Shown one piece after another: positions 13,487 through 21,176 of a stretch of DNA of 35,861 nucleotides (positions are counted from its first letter, which is position 1; the number at the start of each line of letters is the position of its first letter). Source of the DNA: a virus. The notes beneath the pieces are model-generated. The model made no database searches, was not told where the DNA came from, and saw nothing but the letters and a program-made list of their open reading frames with translations. Made by a program: the position numbers and the translations under genes. The stretch is from IMG/VR virus record IMGVR_UViG_3300045988_152094. The stretch is one strand, 5' to 3'.

Positions 13487-13610
13487 GCGAGCACCCCCCG
13501 TTTTTGGTAACGAAACCTTTATAACCACTTCGTGGATTAAAGTATCCTGGGAAACCGGTAACGGAACGATCAACGCGTGTAACGCCGTCTGGGGCTCGCC
13601 GTGTCCATCG

Positions 13611-13646
13611 GATCGGTTCAACCAAGCCAATTGCAGCGAACCGATC
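13611..13646. other. inverted repeat GATCGGTTC-N18-GAACCGATC in the control region
   Basis: Read directly: 9-bp perfect arms at 13611-13619 and 13638-13646. Confidence 0.7.
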
Positions 13647-13675
13647 ACCCCCGGCATCCGCAGAATCTCAACGAA

Positions 13676-13790
13676 AAACCCTATATACTACTATCTTCTA
13701 CCTTCTTCTAGTAGTAAAAGTATAGAGAGAGAGAGTGTTATAAAAGGGTTATAATAGAGAATGTAGAGAAGTAATACGCGGGGAGAGCCG
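13676..13790. promoter_or_regulatory. AT-rich island at the divergence point of the two arms (candidate origin or switch region)
   Basis: Hand count gives 32 G+C in nt 13681-13780, against a genome that is roughly two-thirds G+C. Contains imperfect inverted repeat CTATATACTAC ... GTAGTAaaagTATAG, three TAGAGA copies, TGtTATAAA (13737-13745) and TATAAT (13750-13755). Confidence 0.6.
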
Positions 13791-13869
13791 TTAATGAACA
13801 CACCCCGGAGCGGGCCGGCTCGCGCCGCCCAGCGATCGTGGCCCCCGCACCCCGTGACCCGGCTCACGC

Positions 13870-13899
13870 TTGTGAGTCCCTCGCCGGGGTGTGTACGCT
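13870..13899 (+). promoter_or_regulatory. early-type promoter on the plus strand: -35 TTGTGA (13870-13875), 18-nt spacer, -10 TACGCT (13894-13899), ATG at 13906
   Basis: cgcTTGTGAgtccctcgccggggtgtgTACGCTggagccATG. Confidence 0.5.
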
Positions 13900-13905
13900 G
13901 GAGCC

Positions 13906-14337
13906 ATGACGCCGACCATGCCGCCCACGAGATGCACCCACCCGGGGTGCTCTCGCCTGACCCCCTCGGGGTCGTCGCGGTGCCCCACCCACACGGACCG
14001 GGCCCCCTCGGCGCATACCCGGTGGCTCCAGGCCCACCCCTCCGACCGGGCCCCCTGGGCCTCCCTGCGTACCCGGACCCTCCAGGCGTACCCCTCCTGC
14101 CAGTGGGGTGGCTGCACGGCACCAAGCACCGAGGTGGACCACATCGTGGAGATAGCCGATGGGGGCGCCTTCCTCGATGAGGGAAATGTTCAGGCTCTTT
14201 GCCGTGAGCACCACGAGCGCAAGACAGCGATCGCAGCAGCGAACCGAAAGATCAAGATCAAGCGGCTGCGCAAGGCGAGAGGCAAAGCGGTTAAGCGCAG
14301 GCCGCGCGTTCCACGTGACGCGGCTTGGATAAGCTAA
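13906..14337 (+). CDS. HNH endonuclease (143 aa), packaging-associated by position
   Basis: Cys pairs CTHPGC...CPTH and CQWGGC. HNH core EVDHIVEIADGG...NVQALCREHHERKT. Lies directly upstream of the cos-like region and terS. Confidence 0.85.
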   Translation: MTPTMPPTRCTHPGCSRLTPSGSSRCPTHTDRAPSAHTRWLQAHPSDRAPWASLRTRTLQAYPSCQWGGCTAPSTEVDHIVEIADGGAFLDEGNVQALCREHHERKTAIAAANRKIKIKRLRKARGKAVKRRPRVPRDAAWIS

Positions 14338-14721
14338 AAACAAAACAGCGATCGCCGACGCAGCGCAAAAAAGATAAAAATATTACTCAGTGATGAACCG
14401 AAAACGGGAAGAGATGCCGGGCGCCGAGGACCAACCCCGAAACCGGGAGGGGCGTTCCGCAAAAAGATTTTTCGCAGAAAATGCGGCGCGCCCGTCATTT
14501 CGAGCGAAAAATCTGGCATTCGGGGACTCTTGCGCGCGGGCGCAAGGCGTGCTAGGCTGGTCTCGCCGCCGGGCGCAGGCCCACGACGAACCTCGAAGCT
14601 AGAACCCATGGGGCAGTGCCGGGCGGTACGTGTCGAGGTCCGACTGACCTCAGATGAGCCGCACCGCTCACAAATCGGGGCGCGCGCCCCCAACCGACCG
14701 TTTCACCCTGAGGAGCCGACG
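14338..14721. other. 384-bp non-coding region between HNH and terS; predicted location of cos plus the late leader
   Basis: A-tract rich. Inverted repeat AGATTTTTCGC (14465-14475) / GCGAAAAATCT (14504-14514). Repeated CCGAAA(A)C(C)GGGA motif near 14398 and 14436. Palindrome CTTGCGCgcggGCGCAAG (14529-14546). Confidence 0.5.
14530..14558 (+). promoter_or_regulatory. candidate promoter for the structural operon: TTGCGC (14530-14535), 17-nt spacer, TAGGCT (14553-14558)
   Basis: tcTTGCGCgcgggcgcaaggcgtgcTAGGCTggtctc. The leader would be about 160 nt, running to the SD-led terS start. Confidence 0.45.
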
Positions 14722-15201
14722 ATGAGCCGCAAAGCCGGTCAGAGCGTGAGCGACGCCCGTCTGCCGCGTGGGCTCCGGCTCGTGGACGACTCCGTGCCGG
14801 AGAAGGCCACGATGCACACTGCGGCCGCGCTTCCGCGAGGCGCTGCCCGGCTGGAGCCGCCCTCGACGCTGCGGGCGGACCTGCACCCCCTGTGGGACGA
14901 GATCACGGGCTCACTCCACGCGAGCGGCCTCCTTGCCGCGGCGGACACCACGATGGTGTCACTCCTCGTGCAGGAGCTGGAGCTCTACACAATCGCGGTC
15001 GGCACCGCACGCGCTGAGGGTGTGATTCTCTACAGCGAGAAGGGCACGCCTGTCGCCAACCCAGCTTTCTCGATCGCATCGACGCACGCCCGCGTCATCG
15101 AGGGGCTGTGCAAGACGATGGGCTTGACGTTCGTGGCCCGTGCTGCGATGGATGCGCCGGAGTCTGTGAAGGCGAAGGCTGGCAACCCGTTCGCCGTCTA
15201 G
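14722..15201 (+). CDS. terS: terminase small subunit, P27-like (159 aa)
   Basis: SD GAGGAG. Pattern LHPLWDEI...LLAAADTTMVSLLVQELELY...NPAF...GLCKTMGLTF resembles P27-family TerS. Position upstream of terL. Confidence 0.8.
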   Translation: MSRKAGQSVSDARLPRGLRLVDDSVPEKATMHTAAALPRGAARLEPPSTLRADLHPLWDEITGSLHASGLLAAADTTMVSLLVQELELYTIAVGTARAEGVILYSEKGTPVANPAFSIASTHARVIEGLCKTMGLTFVARAAMDAPESVKAKAGNPFAV

Positions 15202-15204
15202 CCT
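15199..15204 (+). promoter_or_regulatory. late-type box TAGCCT, 6 nt before the terL ATG
   Basis: TAGCCTgagcctATG. No SD and no -35 match. The TAG is also the terS stop codon. Confidence 0.3.
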
Positions 15205-15210
15205 GAGCCT

Positions 15211-16935
15211 ATGCCGGCCGTTACAACTTCAGACCGCGCTCGCGCCCATGGCCTCTCGCCGGAGGTCCGCTGGTACTGCGAGAGCCGCGGCTACAGGATC
15301 CCCGAGTGGACGAAGCCCCTGTGGCGCACGCCCGAGCCCGGCGAGGAGCAGGGCGCCCGCTTCGACCCCGCTCGCGTTGACCGCGTGATCGCCGCGCTGC
15401 GGGCGCTGCGGCACACGCAGGGCGAGTGGGCTGGCAAGCCGCTGGAGCCGTCCCCGTGGCAGGTGGCCTACGTCCTGGCGCCCATCTTCGGGTGGGTGGT
15501 CGAGGACGCCGACGGTAAGACAGTCCGTTGGTACCGCGACGCCTGGGTCGAGGTCCCCCGCAAGAACGGCAAGACGACCCTGAGCGCCGCAATCATGGTC
15601 TACCTGGCCTTCGCAGACGGCGAGGGTGGCGCGCAGGTTCTCCTCGCCGCCGGTTCGAAGGACCAGGCCCGGCTCGCTTACGACCCGATCGCGCTCGCGG
15701 TCGGTGCGTCACCGCAGATGGCGGACGCCGGCGTGCGCGCCTGGAAGTCGAAGATCATCCGCGCGGCCGACGGCGCGGTCATCAAGCCTGTCGCGAGCGT
15801 AGGCGACACACTCCAGGGGACGAACCCGCACGGCTACCTGGCCGATGAGATGCACGTCCACAAGGATCTCGACCTCATTCAGTCGCTCGAGACCGGCACC
15901 GGCGCTCGCCGTCAGCCGCTCGGCTTCGTCATCACTACGGCGGACGCTGGCGGCACCATGACGCCGTACGCGGTCCGCCGATCGAGGGCAGAGAGCGACT
16001 GCCGGGGTGAGCCGTCTAGGCGCTACGTGGTGATCTTCGCCGCACCGAGGGGTGCCGACCCGTTCGATGAGGAGACGTGGAAACGGGCGAACCCCGGCTA
16101 TGGCGTCTCACCCACGCGCGAGTCGATGCGCGCTGCGGCCGAGGAGGCCAAGACCGGCCCCGAGGAGCGGGCCGCATTCGAGCGTCTAAGGCTCAACAGG
16201 CGCCTGAAGCAGTCGGCCCGGTACATCGACCTACCCAAGTGGGACAGAAGCGCCCCTACGCCCTTCAGGACGCTCCAGGACCTCGCAGGGCGCCCGGTCG
16301 TGGGCGGCCTGGACCTCGCCAGCGTCTCGGACCTCGCGGCGCTGTGCTGGCTCACCCCGCGGCAGCCAGGCGACCCTAAGGGGACCCCGCTGTGGTCGGC
16401 TGTGTGGCGCACCTGGACCCCGGAGGAGAACCTCAGGGCACTGGACAAGCGCACGCTTGGTGCCGCATCAAGGTGGGTGGAGCAGGGCCTGCTAGAGCTC
16501 ACGCCCGGTGACGTCCTGGACTACGACGTCGTGCAGCGCCGCATCGAGGAGGACGACCGCGAGATGCGCGTCGAGGCGATCGGCTTCGACCCGTGGTCGG
16601 CCACCCAGCTCTCGACGTCGCTCTACGGCCAGGGCCTGCCCATGGTCAAGGTCCGGCAGGGCTACGCGTCGATGAGCGCCCCGCTGAAGCGGATGAAGGC
16701 GCTGGTCTACATGCGGGACCTAGGCCACGACAACCCGATCGCCGACTGGTGCGTCGACAACCTCGCCGTGGCGCGCGACCCATCCGGAAATGTGAAGCCC
16801 GACAAGGCGAAGTCCGGAGAGAAGATCGACCTCGTGGCTGCGCTGGTGACGGCGATGAGCCAGGCGATGATCTTCGACGCCGAGAAGGAGGCCCAGGAGG
16901 CCAGCGAGGAGCATGGCGCCGGCTTCCTGGTGTGA
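15211..16935 (+). CDS. terL: terminase large subunit (574 aa)
   Basis: Terminase_1-like N-terminal ATPase (VEVPRKNGKTT Walker A-like, LADEMH) and a C-terminal nuclease region. Synteny with terS and portal. Confidence 0.9.
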   Translation: MPAVTTSDRARAHGLSPEVRWYCESRGYRIPEWTKPLWRTPEPGEEQGARFDPARVDRVIAALRALRHTQGEWAGKPLEPSPWQVAYVLAPIFGWVVEDADGKTVRWYRDAWVEVPRKNGKTTLSAAIMVYLAFADGEGGAQVLLAAGSKDQARLAYDPIALAVGASPQMADAGVRAWKSKIIRAADGAVIKPVASVGDTLQGTNPHGYLADEMHVHKDLDLIQSLETGTGARRQPLGFVITTADAGGTMTPYAVRRSRAESDCRGEPSRRYVVIFAAPRGADPFDEETWKRANPGYGVSPTRESMRAAAEEAKTGPEERAAFERLRLNRRLKQSARYIDLPKWDRSAPTPFRTLQDLAGRPVVGGLDLASVSDLAALCWLTPRQPGDPKGTPLWSAVWRTWTPEENLRALDKRTLGAASRWVEQGLLELTPGDVLDYDVVQRRIEEDDREMRVEAIGFDPWSATQLSTSLYGQGLPMVKVRQGYASMSAPLKRMKALVYMRDLGHDNPIADWCVDNLAVARDPSGNVKPDKAKSGEKIDLVAALVTAMSQAMIFDAEKEAQEASEEHGAGFLV

Positions 16936-16942
16936 GTCACCG

Positions 16943-16948
16943 TAGGAT
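16943..16948 (+). promoter_or_regulatory. late-type box TAGGAT, 6 nt before the ATG at 16955
   Basis: ccgTAGGATtgacccATG. Compare ccgTAGGCTtagaccATG at 19082. Confidence 0.3.
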
Positions 16949-16954
16949 TGACCC

Positions 16955-17155
16955 ATGACACCAACCCGCATGACCGTAGCGCTGACTGATGACACTCAGT
17001 TGTCAGTCAGAATCCGACCGATAAGTCTCATTTTGTGGCGCGTTAAGCGCGTGCTCCGGTTGGAGGCTGAGCTGGATGGGGAGGCGCTGACCATGTGGGT
17101 GCCTTGGAGGAGCGTGCTGGCAATCGCCATCGCGCCGGAGGAGGAGAACGACTGA
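16955..17155 (+). CDS. hypothetical small protein (66 aa) between terL and portal
   Basis: The ORF fills the gap and its stop overlaps the portal ATG (TGATG). Codon bias in the first half is weak. Confidence 0.4.
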   Translation: MTPTRMTVALTDDTQLSVRIRPISLILWRVKRVLRLEAELDGEALTMWVPWRSVLAIAIAPEEEND

Positions 17156-19080
17156 TGGCGTTGACGGCGAGAGGCGGGGCGCTTACCCGCCTGACCGTCG
17201 CGGACCCCCCGATCACGCTCCGAAGCGTGCGGGGGCGCTCCGCGATGGCCGGGGCCACTACTGGCGTGAGCATCCGCAGCGTGTGGGAGTCGCAGCCGAG
17301 CGTGCGCAAGGTCGTAACGTTCATGGCGAGCACGGTCGCTGCACTCCCGTGGCGTGTCTACCGCGCTGAGGACGGCGGCCGGGAGCGGCTTTACGACTCA
17401 CCGGCTGAACTTCTTGTGCGCAGGCCCACACGGTTCACATCTTCTGCAGACCTTGTGACAGGTCTCGCTCTCGACTGGCTGCTGTACGGCTCAGCCTGCG
17501 CGGTGCTGGTCAACGAGGAGATCGTCCGCGTCCCCGCCTCGCTGCTCATGCTCAGCACGGATGTTTTCGGCCGGGTGAACGACGTAGCCACCGTCGCCGG
17601 CGGGGAAACCATCAGCTTGTCAGACCTCCCTGTGGCGCTCATGCACGGCTGGGACCCGGACGGCACGGGAGCCGTGGCGCCGGTGCGCACGCTGCGATCC
17701 CTGCTGTCCGAGCTCAGTGAAGCCGAGGGGTGGCGCCGCCGCATGTGGACCGACGTCCCGCGCGTGGCCGCTCAGGTGACCCGCCCCAAGGACGCGCCGC
17801 GTTGGTCTGACGAGAAGCGCGAGCGCTTCCTCCAGGCCATGGCCGACTTCAAGTCCTCGACGTCGGGCGGCTCCATCCCGGTGATGGAGGATGGTATGAG
17901 GCTGGAGAGCGCGCCACAGGTGCAGCCGGACCTCTCCAGCGCGTCGAGCGTCCGCACCCTGACCGACATCGAGGTCGCCGGCTACTTCGGAGTCCCGCCG
18001 GAGCTGCTGGGCATGCGCGAGGCCAACTACGGCGGGTACGCCGCCCTGAGACGGGACCTGTACACCCGCGTGCTAGGGCCGCTCATCGGCCGCATCGAGG
18101 ACGCGCTGAACGCCGAGATCGTCCCTGCACTCGCCGGTGGCGACACCTCCGTCTACGGCGTGCTCGACCGCACCGAGGCTCAGGACGGCACGCTGCTCGA
18201 GCGCGTTCAGGCACTCCAGTCCGCCACCGGCGGCCCCGTGATGACCCGCGCCGAGGCGCGTGAGCGCCTAGACCTGCCGTATCTGGAGGGCACGGAGGAG
18301 CTCATCGTCCCGCTGAACGTGATCCAGGGCGGGCAGGCGAGCCCCACAGACTCTGGCTCGCAGAACCTCGATGGGTCGGACACGAACCAGCTCGACCATC
18401 GCCAGCAGGACGAGGCAGCCGAGGAGGGGAAGTCTCAGGCCCCAAAAGCCCGAATGGTCTTGAAGGCCGTAACTTCAAGACCGTCGCCTTCGATTCTGGA
18501 GCGGATGCGCCGCGCCTACGTCGATGAGCTCCAGCGTGAGGGCTTGAGCGAATCCGCCGTCGAGTCCCTCGCCGACCGCATCGAGCCGTTCCTGGCCGAG
18601 CAGGCCGTAGATGCGGCCAACCTGGTGATCCTTCGGTCCGGCACCGGGTCCGGGACCATCGGGCGTGGCGCGATCCGCAACTACATCCGGCAGATGGCGG
18701 AGGGCAAGGCGGGTGCCGCCGTTGACGCTGCGATGCGCCTTCTCGGCGCTGCAGCCTCCGACGACGCAGCGCAGGACAGGGCCCGAGAGACCATCGAGGA
18801 CATCCTCTCCGAGGACCGCCTCGGGCTGTGGGCGGACGCGTCGACGAAGGATGCCACGGGCTTCGGGTCCCAGGAGGGGGCCCGGCGCTCCGGCGCCATC
18901 CGGAAGATGTGGGTCCACAACGGTTCGAGCCACCCACGAGCGGATCACGCTGCGATGGACGGCGAGACGGTCGACATGGACGACACATTCTCCAACGGCA
19001 TGCGCTGGCCCCACGACTGGGGCGGTGGGGACGCCGACGACATCGTGGGCTGCAACTGCGATATCGCATACGTGTGGTGA
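17155..19080 (+). CDS. portal protein (HK97-type) fused to a C-terminal MuF / SPP1 gp7-like head morphogenesis domain (641 aa)
   Basis: Portal-like N-terminal ~400 aa. C-terminal end RADHAAMDGETVDMDDTFSNGMRWPHDWGGGDADDIVGCNCDIAY matches the MuF signature (H..dG ... P ... C.C). Confidence 0.85.
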   Translation: MALTARGGALTRLTVADPPITLRSVRGRSAMAGATTGVSIRSVWESQPSVRKVVTFMASTVAALPWRVYRAEDGGRERLYDSPAELLVRRPTRFTSSADLVTGLALDWLLYGSACAVLVNEEIVRVPASLLMLSTDVFGRVNDVATVAGGETISLSDLPVALMHGWDPDGTGAVAPVRTLRSLLSELSEAEGWRRRMWTDVPRVAAQVTRPKDAPRWSDEKRERFLQAMADFKSSTSGGSIPVMEDGMRLESAPQVQPDLSSASSVRTLTDIEVAGYFGVPPELLGMREANYGGYAALRRDLYTRVLGPLIGRIEDALNAEIVPALAGGDTSVYGVLDRTEAQDGTLLERVQALQSATGGPVMTRAEARERLDLPYLEGTEELIVPLNVIQGGQASPTDSGSQNLDGSDTNQLDHRQQDEAAEEGKSQAPKARMVLKAVTSRPSPSILERMRRAYVDELQREGLSESAVESLADRIEPFLAEQAVDAANLVILRSGTGSGTIGRGAIRNYIRQMAEGKAGAAVDAAMRLLGAAASDDAAQDRARETIEDILSEDRLGLWADASTKDATGFGSQEGARRSGAIRKMWVHNGSSHPRADHAAMDGETVDMDDTFSNGMRWPHDWGGGDADDIVGCNCDIAYVW

Positions 19081-19084
19081 CCCG

Positions 19085-19090
19085 TAGGCT
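19085..19090 (+). promoter_or_regulatory. late-type box TAGGCT, 6 nt before the protease ATG
   Basis: ccgTAGGCTtagaccATG. No SD. Confidence 0.3.
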
Positions 19091-19096
19091 TAGACC

Positions 19097-19786
19097 ATGA
19101 AGCGAACCGTTCAGAAGCACGCCCGCGCTTGTATCACCGTGGGTACAAGCAAGGCCGCGGCCAGCCGACGTCGGGAGGACGAGAAGCCCGAGGACGATAA
19201 GCCCGAGGACGAGAAGCCCGAGGACGATAAGCCCGAGGACGAGAAGCCCGAGGACGAGAAGCCCGAGGACGAGAAGCCCGAGGACGAGAAGCCGAAGCGC
19301 AAGTCAGAGCCCGGCATCTTCACCGCCCTCGTCGCCGTCTTCGGCAACGTGGACGCCGACGGCGAGGTGACCGACAAGGGCGCCTTCACCGAGGCGCTTG
19401 CCGCGCGTCCCACGGTCCCGATCATGTGGAGCCACGGATACGGCACCTCCGACATCGTGGGCTACTCGACGAGGGCTGAGGAGACCGACGAGGGGCTTCT
19501 GCTGGAGTGGAAGGCGCTCGACACCGAGATTGGCCGCTCTGTAGCGGAGCTGCTTGAGGTGGGCGCCATCACGGACTTCTCGTACTCAGCGGTCGTTGAG
19601 GACTACACCGTGGAGAAGGGCGAGGAGGGCGAAATCCGCCACCTCACTAAACTGGACCTGTGGGAGGCCGGGCCGTGCCTGCGCGGCGCGAACCCCCTCG
19701 CCAAACTGAAGTCCCAGGACACCCCTAGGACTGATGATGCCGCGCAGCGGACCGCCCGTGCCCGGCTGGCCCTCTTGGGCCTCTGA
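19097..19786 (+). CDS. HK97-family prohead protease with an N-terminal (EDEKP)8 acidic repeat extension (229 aa)
   Basis: IFTALVAVFGNVDADGEVTDKGAFTEAL...PIMWSHG matches the S78/U35 protease pattern. Position between portal and capsid. Confidence 0.85.
   Translation: MKRTVQKHARACITVGTSKAAASRRREDEKPEDDKPEDEKPEDDKPEDEKPEDEKPEDEKPEDEKPKRKSEPGIFTALVAVFGNVDADGEVTDKGAFTEALAARPTVPIMWSHGYGTSDIVGYSTRAEETDEGLLLEWKALDTEIGRSVAELLEVGAITDFSYSAVVEDYTVEKGEEGEIRHLTKLDLWEAGPCLRGANPLAKLKSQDTPRTDDAAQRTARARLALLGL
19175..19294. repeat. 15-bp in-frame tandem repeat, 8 copies (gaggacga[g/t]aagccc), encoding EDEKP/EDDKP
   Basis: Read directly. Units start at 19175, 19190, 19205, 19220, 19235, 19250, 19265 and 19280. 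Confidence 0.95.
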
Positions 19787-19807
19787 CCACCGAAAGGAAT
19801 GCACCGT

Positions 19808-21040
19808 ATGAGCACTCGTGATGAGCTGCTTCAGGAGGCAGGCGAGCTGCGCGCTAAGAGCGAGCTGACTGAGGCCGACCTCGCCCGAGTTGACGAGATC
19901 GTCGACTCCGTCGCCAAGATGGACGCCCAGGCGGCCGCCCGCAAGGCCGCTTCCGACAAGCTGGCCGCCATTGCCGAGCGTGCCCCCCGGGCTGCCCGAG
20001 CTGTGGACTCCGTTGTTGACGCCTCCGGCCTCACCATCGGCAAGCGCTTCATCACCTCCCCTGAGTGGCAGGCGTTTAAGAAGTCGCACCCCATGGGCTT
20101 CTCCAGCGCTACCGACTCCGTCGACCTGCTGGTGCGGGGTCTCGTCCCGGACATGGTCGGCAAGGCTGCAGCCCTCGACCGCGGCACGGCCACCACCGGA
20201 GGCAGCGCTTTCCACCTCGGCTCCCCGATCGACGACGAGGTCCGTGCCCAGTACGGCCCGCTGCTGGCCGCGATCACCACCTCCACCACGAGCGCCGCGG
20301 TCATCCCGTACCGCGCTCTGACTGCCGTCACCCCCGGCCCGGCCATCGTGTCCGAGGCCAAGAACGACACCGGCACCACCCCCGCGGACGGTGTGTTCCC
20401 GATGGCGACCGTCGCGACTCGGGCGGACACCGCCACCACGTCCACCGTCGGCGAGGCACTCCCCGTGACTGACGACGAGATGGCGGACGACTCCCTCATG
20501 GAGACCCTGGTGGGTGAGGTCGTCCTCGCCATGACCATGCAGAAGGTCGAGACCGAGGTTGTGTCTGGCACTGGCACCGCTGACCGCCCCCGCGGCGTCA
20601 TCGGCGCGCCCGGCGTCCGCACCCAGGCCAAGGTCACCGCAGGCACCAAGGTCGACATCCCGGCCACGATCCGCAAGGCTCTCACCTCACTGGGCAACTC
20701 CGCCCAGAACGCGACCATCGTCGTGAACCCCGAGGACCTCGAGGCCCTGGACCTGCTCACCGACAAGAACGACCGCTACCTCGGCGCCGGCCCGTTCGGC
20801 TCCGGCAACGACTCGGTGTGGCGCCGCCCGATCGTGGCCTCCACCGCGGTCACCAAGGGCACCGCCCTCGTCGGCGACCTGAAGGCGTACGAGCTGTACT
20901 GGCGTGAGCAGTACGTCGCTCAGGTCTTCAACCAGCACAGCGACTACCCGCTGCGCGGCCTCGCTCTGTTGCGCGGTAAGGCCCGGTTCCTCGGCGTCTT
21001 CCGCCGCCGCAAGGACGTCTGCGTCGCGACCATCGCCTGA
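19808..21040 (+). CDS. major capsid protein, HK97 fold (410 aa)
   Basis: Follows the prohead protease. Has an N-terminal coiled-coil delta-like domain (STRDELLQEAGELRAKSELTEADLARV). Size and composition are typical. SD AAAGGAA sits 9 nt before the ATG at 19808. Confidence 0.9.
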   Translation: MSTRDELLQEAGELRAKSELTEADLARVDEIVDSVAKMDAQAAARKAASDKLAAIAERAPRAARAVDSVVDASGLTIGKRFITSPEWQAFKKSHPMGFSSATDSVDLLVRGLVPDMVGKAAALDRGTATTGGSAFHLGSPIDDEVRAQYGPLLAAITTSTTSAAVIPYRALTAVTPGPAIVSEAKNDTGTTPADGVFPMATVATRADTATTSTVGEALPVTDDEMADDSLMETLVGEVVLAMTMQKVETEVVSGTGTADRPRGVIGAPGVRTQAKVTAGTKVDIPATIRKALTSLGNSAQNATIVVNPEDLEALDLLTDKNDRYLGAGPFGSGNDSVWRRPIVASTAVTKGTALVGDLKAYELYWREQYVAQVFNQHSDYPLRGLALLRGKARFLGVFRRRKDVCVATIA

Positions 21041-21053
21041 CGCAGTGCTACGC

Positions 21054-21096
21054 CGAGGCCCCCGGTTGACTCAGAGAGAGAGTCCCGGGGGCCTCG
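21054..21096 (+). terminator. stem-loop terminator after the capsid gene; 12-bp stem
   Basis: CGAGGCCCCCGG (21054-21065) pairs with CCGGGGGCCTCG (21085-21096), followed by tgctttgcg. Confidence 0.7.
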
Positions 21097-21111
21097 TGCT
21101 TTGCGCCACAC

Positions 21112-21141
21112 TTGACAACAGAACATCCGGCGCCCTAATGT
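21112..21141 (+). promoter_or_regulatory. consensus-like promoter: -35 TTGACA (21112-21117), 18-nt spacer, -10 TAATGT (21136-21141)
   Basis: cTTGACAacagaacatccggcgcccTAATGTggtggc. It lies directly after the capsid terminator and 36 nt before the SD-led gene at 21177. Confidence 0.6.
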
Positions 21142-21176
21142 GGTGGCACACCAACTACCGAGAAGGGGCCAAGGCC

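Noticed and set aside
13611-13646. A GGTTCAA-containing hairpin, checked as a possible tRNA T-arm; the other gaps were also scanned for tRNAs.
   Set aside because: No acceptor, D or anticodon arms can be drawn around it. No cloverleaf candidate was seen anywhere in the window.
13443-13754. A 103-codon plus-strand ORF (GTG start, Cys-rich) spanning the control region.
   Set aside because: It has no internal Met and its start sits under the primase promoter. Its C-terminal third is encoded by the AT-rich island (..KNPIYYYLLPSSSSKSIERESVIKGL), which looks non-protein-like. The middle part does have fairly high third-position GC, so translation is not fully excluded.
14334-14693. ORFs in the HNH-terS gap (14390..14602 plus strand, 70 aa; 14334..14693 minus strand, 119 aa).
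   Set aside because: No SD or promoter context, basic low-complexity products, and a region better explained as cos plus a leader.
19057-19068. A perfect 12-bp palindrome TGCGATATCGCA located 16 nt upstream of the protease TAGGCT box, considered as a possible activator site.
   Set aside because: It is a single occurrence lying in the portal coding sequence (CDIAYV). No similar palindrome occurs upstream of the other late boxes.
19175-19294. Whether the regular 15-bp repeats (also 10702..10772) could be a CRISPR array.
   Set aside because: There are no spacers. The units are contiguous, in frame and inside coding sequence. They are coding tandem repeats.
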